From contig NC_068982.1 of the NCBI RefSeq assembly GCF_001194135.2, positions 41,664,432-41,728,431 of the forward strand: a stretch of 64,000 nucleotides of DNA, given 5' to 3'. A model generated the notes under the pieces. It saw nothing but the letters and a program-made list of their open reading frames with translations. It made no database searches and was not told where the DNA came from. Positions 54,425 to 64,000 of the stretch are shown one piece after another. Positions within the stretch are counted from its first letter, which is position 1; each line of letters begins with the position of its first letter. Source of the DNA: Octopus bimaculoides. Its lineage: Eukaryota. Both the position numbers and the translations under genes were made by a program.

Positions 54425-54497
54425 TAGAGAAGAAGAAGAAGGAGGAGGAGGAGGAGGAGGAGGAGGAGGGGAGAAGAAGAAGAGGAAGAAGAAGAAG
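54425..54497. repeat. (GAA)n/(GGA)n purine tract
   Basis: Direct reading. Confidence 0.9.
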
Positions 54498-54542
54498 TTA
54501 CAGTATAGTCCCAGATTATCTTTCATTGAACAGACCTACAGC

Positions 54543-54811
54543 CAGTGGTGGACTGGTCTAAAAATATTGGTTGCCATAACTACAATGCTATCATATAATT
54601 TCTTTTTTGTTAAAAGTATTCTTTTCAACTGTCTACAAACACAGCCAGGCTGACATAATTAATGCATTCTTCCAAGGGTGAATAAAAAATTCTCAAACTT
54701 GAGGGGATGGGCCCCTTAGATGCTAACATAAGCCCCCCCATATATGGATTCTAGTGGCACAGGAGCCCACTTGCCATTGGGCAAGCGGGCAACCTGGCCA
54801 GTCTGCCACTG
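54543..54811. mobile_element. hAT-type MITE
   Basis: 14-bp TIR cagtggtggactgg / ccagtctgccactg (12/14); 8-bp TSD cctacagc / cctacggc (7/8). Confidence 0.8.
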
Positions 54812-55396
54812 CCTACGGCACATCAATAGTGGGATGAATAACTAGGAAGAGATTTACTGTTCCAGATGTATTACATCTCCTATTATGCATTCCAATACAA
54901 AGTGGTTAAGTGTTCTGTGTGCAATGTTACAAGAAGTTTTGAGACTCAAGTCTTCTTCAAGAAGAACCCTACTAACATAGCTTCCTCTCCTTCAATTCTT
55001 CTCAGCTTCAATGTTGTCCATTTGTCTTATATAATAATGAACTTATTGTATATATTGCTCAGGGTGCAGTACATCTCATCAGAAAAAAATAACCAAAATT
55101 GCATGAGCAGTACACAGAATATGTGCAGGAAGTGAACAGTGAAAAATGTTTTAAAAAGAATAAGAAGAAACGGGGGTGGGGGGTACCAGGTGCACTATTG
55201 GCAAATTTCAAGAAGCAGGGAAGTTTTGAAGGATGCAGTGTCTCAATGTCTAATAACTGATGGAAGTAATTTATTTCTTGCTTCATCTATGGGTTGGGTT
55301 GTATCTGCACAATACGGTAAACTTCCTCCTATCTGACACCACTGGGCTAAAGGGCAGCTGGATAACTGAATTTCCCAAATATCTGATCATCACCTT

Positions 55397-55678
55397 TTGT
55401 TGTTGGCACTCCATCGCTTACGACGTCGAGAGTTCCAGTTGATCCGATCAACGGAACAGTCTGCTTGTGAAATTAACGTGCAAGTGGCTGAGCACTCCAC
55501 AGACACATGTACCCTTAACGTAGTTCTCAGGGATATTCAGCGTGACACAATGTGACAAGGCTGACCCTTTGAATTACAGGAAGTAAGAGTGAGAGAAAGT
55601 TGTGGTGGAAGAGTACAGCAGGGTTCGCCACCATCCCCTGCCGGAGCCTCGTGGAGCTTTTAGGTGTTTTCGTTCAAT
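55397..55678 (-). mobile_element. Second copy of the tRNA-headed (CAA)n SINE; 5' end lost in the assembly gap
   Basis: Reverse complement nearly identical to 33060-33359, with a short internal deletion. Confidence 0.88.
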
Positions 55679-56512
55679 NNNNNNNNNNNNNNNNNNNNNN
55701 NNNNNNNNNNNNNNNNNNNNNNNNNNNNNNNNNNNNNNNNNNNNNNNNNNNNNNNNNNNNNNNNNNNNNNNNNNNNNNNNNNNNNNNNNNNNNNNNNNNN
55801 NNNNNNNNNNNNNNNNNNNNNNNNNNNNNNNNNNNNNNNNNNNNNNNNNNNNNNNNNNNNNNNNNNNNNNNNNNNNNNNNNNNNNNNNNNNNNNNNNNNN
55901 NNNNNNNNNNNNNNNNNNNNNNNNNNNNNNNNNNNNNNNNNNNNNNNNNNNNNNNNNNNNNNNNNNNNNNNNNNNNNNNNNNNNNNNNNNNNNNNNNNNN
56001 NNNNNNNNNNNNNNNNNNNNNNNNNNNNNNNNNNNNNNNNNNNNNNNNNNNNNNNNNNNNNNNNNNNNNNNNNNNNNNNNNNNNNNNNNNNNNNNTTTTT
56101 TTTTTTTTTTTTTGTTGAAGTGGTGCTGATTGCTTGGGAGTTTCAGTTATTTGAGTACCAGAGGGAGTTTAAAGTTTACTATAGTATGTTTTCATGTAAC
56201 TCTATTTTGTGATATTTCGAAAGTGAACATTAGAGTTGATCCGTTATTCCTAATCTTCACCTAACTCTTCCATGACGTTTTTCTTCCATAAGAAAACAAT
56301 GTTACCCTTTCTCAATACTCCGCCAAATTATAATTTATAGTAGTGTAATTATTTCACTTACAAATATGCACCTGTGCTTCTGCTATCACAACTAGCTTGA
56401 GCCAATGAAGGGAGTAGTAACATAGTCACCCATTTTGTTAGAAATAACAGCAGATTTCCAAAAAAAGAACAGAAATTGCAAGCACATAGTAGATAATGTA
56501 GTTCTAGTTATA

Positions 56513-56725
56513 CAGGGTGTCCACAAAGTCTGGGTACATGGAGTAAATAAAATCAGAACATAAACAATTAAAGATAAGAAATAATAATTCCTTGAAGTAT
56601 GTGTTAATCCCCATGTGGGTTACATGGAGTAAATAAAATCATAACATAAACAATTAAATATATAAGAAATAATAATTTCTTAAAGTGTGTTAATTCCTAT
56701 ATACCCAGACTTTGTGGACACCCTG
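56513..56725. mobile_element. Tc1/mariner-type MITE (213 bp)
   Basis: Perfect 24-bp TIR CAGGGTGTCCACAAAGTCTGGGTA / TACCCAGACTTTGTGGACACCCTG; left flank TA, right flank CA. Confidence 0.85.
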
Positions 56726-58223
56726 CAGTATGTTTGAATAAAATATAAGATGATCAGAGCTGGAATATTTTTGATCTTAAGTTTTGCTTGATTAGAGCTG
56801 ACCTGGGATGAAATAACCTCTCTTCTTGACTCAGTCTTCTTTTCAATCCATTTGCATCCACTCTATTTTCTAAATTCAGAGTTGCTCTTATTATTCTAGA
56901 TAGTTGATTACTTACTTATTTAAGTTTTTTGCTCCTTATGAGTAAGTCATTAATTACTTTGCTCCACTGTTCTCAATTCTGGGCTGTTTTTTCTGCTTCT
57001 TTTCAGTTAGATCCATGCTTTCCCAGCTTTCTTTGCTGCACCATGTCATATGTTTCTCTCAGGGAAGGCTTTCTACTTTCCGGTTTTGATGGTTTTGAAT
57101 AGTCATCAATGCTTTTGTAACTTTTCTTTTCTAGGTAGGTGCCTTGACCCTATACGAACCCCTTTTTACTTCTGGCTAGTGGTGCTCCATATTAATCTGG
57201 CTTCTATCCTTCTATCTGGCTTCTTCAGCATGGAGGCCCTACTTTTGCATTCCACTGATATTGATCTCACAGGAGCACACAAACCATTATACTGCAAGAA
57301 GGACTGGAACTTGTGGTGAGGATAGTTGATTCCCCTTGACTTATTATGTAGTTGGATATAAGTACCAGTAATCTACTGCAGGTCGACTCAATTAGCTGTA
57401 ATTCTTCTATGTAGATTCTGACCAGTTGTTAAAGTATAGGTATTGTTATTGTGTAGTTAGTGTTCATGTTAATGCAAAGAGTATTAACAAGTTAACTATA
57501 AATAATTACTTGGAGCCAGATTAAACAAACAAAACAATACTAATTAATATTATTTAAATTATTTTAACAAGTGTGGGAGACAACTTTGGTTGTGTTTCTG
57601 ACTTATTATTTTTTCATCAGCAAAACAGACTTCATCATAATTGCTAAAGTAGTGGTAAGAGAATCACAAAGTAAATGCACAAGATTGCTTGGCCAGTGGT
57701 CATAATAGAAAAACAGAATTGTTTAGATAATAGATAATTGGGAGACATCACCTGCAGTGTTGATATATTTAATGCATGTAATGATAAAAAGCTAACTAGA
57801 AGTAATTAGTCTGTGAGGAGAAAAAAGCAATATTAATCAATGACTAATTTTAATTATTGATGGAAGTCTAATGATATTTGCTCAAGTTGCTATAAATGTT
57901 GTTGATGATGATGACGGAGAAACAAGAGAGAAAAAGAAGACAGTAATAGTAAAATTAAAAGAAAAATCATCAAGCATAGACACTTTATCGTTTTCACAAA
58001 CCAATGAAAAAGTCTGTATGGTCAACTGACCTAATAGAAATAACAGACAAATATCTCTCAAATCGCACCCCACTACATTAGGAAAGAACATACTGGATAA
58101 TATTAGTTCTAGATTCACAGCATAAAGAAGAAAAAAAAAAGTCAAGGGGGTCACAGTTGAAAAGCCTTTTTGATAATTGAACAGAGCTGACCAAAGGTGT
58201 GTGCGTGTTTGTGTGTGTGTATA

Positions 58224-58720
58224 CAGAGTGTTCCAAAAAAGTGTATGCACACACTGAATGATTATAAAGTCAGGAATTATTAAAATATATTTCATTTTCA
58301 AAATTTAATAGAAACTACAGACAAATTTTGATTTTCTTATAAACACCTGTTTTCAAACTGTTGAGTATTCTGAAAATGCTAAGCAATGGAATCAGAAATG
58401 TTCAGTGTTTGGGTGCCTTCTTGTTCAATGGCCACTCTCAATTTGTCAATTGTTGATGGTTTTGTACTGTAAACTTTATTTGTTATGAATCCCCATGAAA
58501 AATGGTCTAGTGGTTTGATATCTAGTAAATACAGAGTATTCTACAGAACCTCTTCATCTAATCAACCTGTTTGGCAAAATGTCATCAGGGTAGGCTGTTA
58601 CATTATTATGATAGTGTGGGGTGCCCCACCTAGCTGGAAATAAAATCTCCACATCTTCAAAGTCCTCTTGAATGCTTGGCATGACAGATTGTTATAGCAA
58701 GTTCAAGTAAATGGGACCAG
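58224..58720 (-). mobile_element. Decayed Tc1/mariner-superfamily 3' fragment
   Basis: TA-CAGAGTGTTCCAAAAA terminus at 58222; minus-frame DIKPLDHFSWGFITNKVYSTKP resembles the SPDLxPLDFFLWGxxKxKVY C-terminal motif. Confidence 0.6.
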
Positions 58721-59549
58721 TTACAGCATGTTTTTTTTTTATTTGTTTCAGTCATTAGACTGTGGCCATGCTGGGGTACTACCTTGAAGAATTTTTAGTT
58801 GAATGAATTGATCCCAGTACTTTTCTTTTAAAGCCTGGTACTTATTCAATCAAACCCTTTGGCTGAACTGCTAAGTTACGGGGATGTAAACACACCAACA
58901 CCAGTTGTCAAGTGGTGGTGGAAGAGAAACACTCACACACATATACAATGGGTTTCTTTTAGTTTCCATCTATCAAATCCACTCACAAAGCTTTGATCGG
59001 TTATAGTAGAAGACACTTGTCCAAGCTTCTTACTACACAGCCATGCCTATCACCTCTAAAACAAACAAATTCCAGTAAATAATTTTTATGATAAGCTATA
59101 ACATAATGTAATTCCTGGTAAATTAACCTGATGTTTCACTGTAATATGTGGTTTCTCAAGTCCCCATTAGGTGTAATTGTGATGGTTAATTGAGCCATTT
59201 AATTTAAACATAGCTTCATCACTCCAAACAATCTTTGTTGGAAAGTGTGCAACTTCCATTCACAAAACTCCAAGTTTTGTGAATGCCAAGAACCACTCAC
59301 AAAACTCCACTCTTCTTTCTGGATCATTTTCACTGAGAGCATGGACTATTTTTGGAATGTAACTTTTCCAGGGACAGTGCTTCAAAATATGATGAACATT
59401 TGATTTTGAAATTCCTATCTCACAACTCACTTGCTTTGGGAAAGTGTCTTCTACTATTGATGAAAATTAGTTGTAGACACATTACTAGTCACACTGGCAA
59501 GGCTTGAACTTGAAACATCAGTTAAGTTTCCATTATTACATTAACCATA

Positions 59550-59975
59550 AGGCAGCGAGCTGGCAGAATTATTAGCATGCCGGGCAAAATGCTTACTAGT
59601 ATTTCTGCCATCTTTATGCTCTGAGTTCAAATTCTGCCGAAGTTGACTTTGCTGTTCATATTTTGGAGGCAATAAATTAAGTACCAGTGAAACACTGGGG
59701 TCAACGTAATCAACTTATCCACTCCTCCAAAATGGCTGCCCTTGGCAAATTTAGAAACCATTAAGGCAGTGATCTGGTAGAATCATGAGCATGCTTGGTA
59801 AAATGCTTAGCAGTATTTCGTCTGTCTTTATTTTGTGAGTTCAAATTCCGCCGAGGGCAACTTTACTTTTCATCCTTTCGGGGTCAATGAAAAAAGTGCC
59901 AGTTGGGGTTGATGTAATCGACTTATGCCCTCCCTCAAACTTGCTGGCCTTGTGCCAAGATTTGAAACCATTATT
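59550..59975 (+). mobile_element. Head-to-tail pair of a second SINE family (starts aaggcggcgagctggcag; core ctttcatcctttcggggtc...agtaccag)
   Basis: Two tandem copies (59550-59760, 59762-59975). Others at ~10340-10490(+), 13852-14035(+), 21440-21630(+), 32757-32962(-), 41690-41800(+), 47085-47292(-), 47300-47538(-), 48193-48547(-). The core resembles conserved metazoan SINE central domains; superfamily not verified. Confidence 0.8.
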
Positions 59976-60013
59976 ACATTAACTATTCTCACCCTGTTTT
60001 CTGTTTGTTCTAA

Positions 60014-60965
60014 AGAAGAGCAGCATTTACTGATCCATTTTCTGTAACAGAGACAGAAATCATCAGAAGCTTTCATCAAAGTATGTGGACAGTGTTTTAC
60101 CAGTATAAACTGTCTATAGATAGATCGAAAAATTTAGAAATGGTCACACAAGAAAGAACCAGTATTACTATCCTTTACTTATAACAACACTGAACAAGTT
60201 CATGACACGGTTCTGTACAAATGAGAGGTATGTATTGATGAAGTGGCATATAATTTGCAAATATGTCATGTCATAGTAGATTTGGCTTTGGTTAAATTTG
60301 TGCAAGATAGGTCCAAAAACTTATAGAATGGTACGAACAAAATCGTTTTCAAATCTACTCATAACTTTTGGATCACTATCATAATATAAGTAATACATCT
60401 TCAGAATAAATGAATAAATAAATAGATATAGAATTGTCACTGGTGGCAAAATATGGATATATCCCTATGAACGAGAGAGTAAATGTGAGAATATAGAATA
60501 CAAACCTTCACAATCGGCTGATAGAAAAAAAAAGTTAAAAACTTAACCAACGGCAGAAAAAGTGATTCCGATATTTTATTGGAACTTGTAACGGCCAATA
60601 TTGAAGCAATATCAACAGTGAAGATGTTCATTATAGGGAGATGTTATACGACAAGCTAAAGCCTGCAATTCAAAGCAAATGCTGAGGACTACTGTTGAAA
60701 ATCTTTGTGCTGTTGCATGACAATGCCTATCTTCATACAGCCGCTCACATCATTGAAATATTTCAGAAACTCAAATTTGCGATATTAGTGCGTTCTCCAT
60801 TAGTCTCCTTCCTGCCACCTGTTTGCTCTAACAGAAGATGTTTTAGGAGGAAATGATTTGCCTCAGATTAAGAAATGAAGAGGTGAATATGTTTAAAACG
60901 TGACTCGTATCTTATCTGAAAACATTTTCCTGATACTATAATGAGGGTTACTAAATGTATTAAAA
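60014..60965 (+). mobile_element. Highly decayed mariner transposase remnant
   Basis: Residual IEKFRNGHT and VLLHDNAYLHTAAH...FQKLKF motifs; many stops; TIRs not recognised. Confidence 0.7.
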
Positions 60966-60981
60966 AAAAAAAAGGCGTGCG

Positions 60982-61043
<62 letters not shown>

Positions 61044-61899
61044 TAGATAGATAGATATGGAGAAAGAAAGACTGCATTATTGAACAATAAATCATTTCTT
61101 CACGACTTCGACGAGTTTAATGTTCCACCGAAAACATAATCTACAACATAAAACGGTAAAAAAAAAAAAAAAAACGCACACAGTTTAGAAGATCGAAGTT
61201 CAGCGATTGATCCAGAAATCATTGATCATGATGTGATTATTTTAAGAGTAGTCAGAGACAGTTTTTTTTTCTAATTGCAGTTATTTCACAGAGTCGATAG
61301 GGAGTACTAATTTTTTGTTTATTTTTGTAATTACCACCTTACCTTCGAGAATCGTTAAACAGTAACAGTTGCATACTGAGTCAAATAACTCTACCTTTTC
61401 CTTACAGTTTTGATTCCTCGAGCAAATATATACTTAAATTGATAATGTATGAATTACATACAGAAAGCATAAGAAAATAATAAAGAGGAAAAGAAACTTT
61501 CACTGCGTAAATATATTATTGTGAGCACCAATAACAAGTTCTATTAAAAACTTTCAAAATACTTTCTTTCATTTCATTTTTATTTTATCTTTATTATTTT
61601 TTTGACTTTTAAAGTATACAGAGTGGCACTTCTCAAGAATCTGTTTTTCTCAACAGTATTTATTTAACTAAGTAAAATCTTTTGACAAACCATTTCGTGA
61701 CAACCACTTGACTGCTTGCTTCTAACGTATCGAAAGTATAAAATTAATAAATGTGACCAACGACCCGACAGTTTTTCTTTCTTTGTTTTGTTTTGTACTT
61801 TTTGATTTCATACCTTAAAAAACAGTGTTAGTTATCACTTGAACAATAAAGTCAAAGTTTATATTGCTTCATTTCTTTAAAGAAATGTAAAGAAAATAG

Positions 61900-62442
61900 T
61901 TTTACCATCGACAAAGTGCATTAAATTGTAAATATAGACATTTTTTAATTGAATTTATTTAAATTTCTCGTTTCGTTTGTTCCACTCATAATTTTGTTTT
62001 GCTTATACGGCTAAAGTGCCCACTCGACCTGACCAATCAAAAGTGTCGTCGGCCTTCGTTAGTCTGACCTAAACCCACTTTAAATCGTTATTCGCGCACT
62101 CTATGCCTACCTTAGGTCATATTTTGAGCTTCGTTATTCTTTTTTGTTTTTAGTTAGCTATTCTTTTTTTTTCTTCTTCTCTCCCTTTCTGAATAATCTC
62201 ACAAATTAATGCATTGTTTCTTACGTTTGTTATTTATATCTGGAAAGTACAGGGACGGAAAAGAAAAACATCAACAAATTCTCACGCACGTTTTGATTTG
62301 AAATCGTCTGCCGACTAAATCTGCTGATATATCATTTTTCGTGTTTCATTCATTGTTACACGCTAGAAATTACTATTTTGTTTCATTGATATTGTTTGTT
62401 GATAGTTGATTTGAATATCTATGTGTTTGCGGTTTCAAAACG
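61900..62442 (+). promoter_or_regulatory. Probable promoter/5'UTR of the SAPCD2-like gene
   Basis: CpG-retaining, TE-free. gaCCAATca at 62031-62039, TTTAAA at 62079-62084, TTCGCGC at 62091-62097, TTTGAA at 62297-62302. Confidence 0.45.
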
Positions 62443-63643
62443 ATGTCTCATATCGATAGTTCTCATCAACAACAATATCAATCGATCAACAGCAATACTT
62501 CTTTATGTAACCTTAAAAATAGTAACACGACTGATGATCTCCCTAAACAGTTCGTGTCTTCTCTAAGAATTCTTTTCGATATTCTCGATGAAAACCACAG
62601 TGGTTATGTTCGATTATTGGATATTGAAAGCCGATGGAAGGAAGACGGTGTTAAAGGCCTTCCGCCTGGTGTTGTAGATGCTCTCAGAAAAGTGACACCA
62701 CCAAATGGTTACTTGAATTTTGATAGATTTGTAGCCGGTCTGAAACTCGTTCTGTGGCGAAACAGACTTAATGATTCTCAGAATAATACTGATGTTGAGC
62801 AATCAGATCAAGATGGGGTTTTCTTAGGTAAGGAAAACAAATTAAACAATTATAATGATGAAAAAACTATGAATTTCACAGGGTCACAAGAGCAGTACGG
62901 CCACATAAATATTTCGCCAAATATTGATGGTCAGTTTTTCAATCGGCATCACAACACTGCGGCGGATGTCTTTAACAGCAGCTTAACTCCAGCCACTGGT
63001 ATAACGAATGTGCCTGGCCGACTGGGCAGCAGTCAGCACACTACCTTAGGCCATCAGAACAGTGCGACAAACGTGACAACCAATGTGCATAGCAGTGGTC
63101 ATCAACACAACACTCATTATCAGACATCAGCTAGTCATTATAATTCAAACAATACACATTACAACACCCCGGTTAATAGTAGCCACGATACTAGTCGATA
63201 TAGCAATAATAACAGTCTTCAATCTATTGGAACTGGAGTAGGAAACAATGCTGTGTCTAATGATAAGTTTACTCACAACCAACGTTTACCTTGTCTCACA
63301 AGATCTGCAGACAGGCCACCCCTTCAATCACGACAGGTGAGCCACTCACACCTTCAATATAATACTGATACACAAGAACCTTTTGTAACTGACCAGGCAT
63401 CTTTACCCACACATGCATCTAATACACACCAACGTTCCTTGTCTCCACCCCAAGTGCCACCAAGAGACCAAAGCAAAGCCAATATTCTTAACGAATTGAA
63501 ACTCTGGCAGAAACAGCGTATGAAACATGTAACCCCAACTGCAGCAGAATCACAAAATACAAATCGTTACACATCGTCCAAATGGAATTCTGGACGAAAT
63601 ATATCTGCAAATGAAAGCAAAGATACAGACAGGAATATATATG
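62443..63643 (+). CDS. SAPCD2: Suppressor APC domain-containing protein 2-like, first coding exon
   Basis: Open frame of 400 codons plus 1 nt, ending at TATG|gtaaga. The N-terminal LPKQFVSSLRILFDILDENHSGYVRLLDIESRW...GLPPGVVDALRKVTPPNGYLNFDRFVAGLKLVL closely matches the EF-hand-like N-terminal domain of vertebrate SAPCD2 as I recall it (LPRAFLQSLRTLFDILDD...EIESRW...GYLTFERFVAGL). Confidence 0.88.
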
Positions 63644-64000
63644 GTAAGAATAACTAATATTGTATTACACGCACGCACACACACACACATATGCACATGC
63701 ACACACTAGTTTGATTGAATTTTAGAAAAGGCATTTGCACATTACAATCTTGAATATTTCTGTTTTAGCGAAATATTTCTCATTCAGATTAAGAATTCTA
63801 TTCTGCCTTGTTTCAGAGTCAAATAAGATAAAAAAGCATTTTATATTATTCTTAAATATATTTTATACATAATCCTGTAATAGATAATTTAGTTTGTGAG
63901 TTTTTATATAAAAGTACTATTTACATGAATATATTGTGAATTTTCATATAAAATTCTTTTCTTATTTGAATATATTTGCTATTTAGGTATATTATATATG

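Noticed and set aside
56950-57420. Possible CR1-type ORF1 / 5' region on the minus strand
   Set aside because: Composition is suggestive, but no diagnostic motif survives.

Overview
AT-rich (roughly one-third GC by eye), microsatellite- and transposon-dense animal genomic DNA. It has six N-gaps (9372-9381, 20414-20522, 23732-24017, 50605-50699, 53262-53432, 55679-56095), mostly next to simple repeats, as expected for a short-read assembly. The repeat content (tRNA/CORE-type SINEs, RTE, Dong/R4, mariner, hAT MITEs) looks like an octopus/cephalopod genome; this is inference, not a database result. Two spliced protein-coding genes point away from each other across ~43 kb of TE-rich DNA. (1) A minus-strand gene has four coding exons I could join in frame (9657-8942, 4364-4217, 2986-2913, 404-321; it continues off the left edge). 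It encodes a Gly/Met/Asn-rich low-complexity nuclear protein resembling 'zinc finger protein on ecdysone puffs' (Pep)-like proteins, with candidate first exons at ~18.0-19.2 kb. (2) A plus-strand SAPCD2-like gene has its first coding exon at 62443-63643. Almost all other ORFs in the track are microsatellite or decayed-TE artefacts. I found no prokaryotic-type system, CRISPR array, rRNA or genuine tRNA gene, and nothing I can demonstrate to be a new biological system. The best leads are a 102-bp coding duplication in the prion-like domain, candidate poison/alternative exons, a possible unannotated minus-strand spliced transcript at 32-37 kb, a retroposon pile-up in (TAA)n, a dense AP-1 motif cluster, a long palindrome and nested hAT MITEs.
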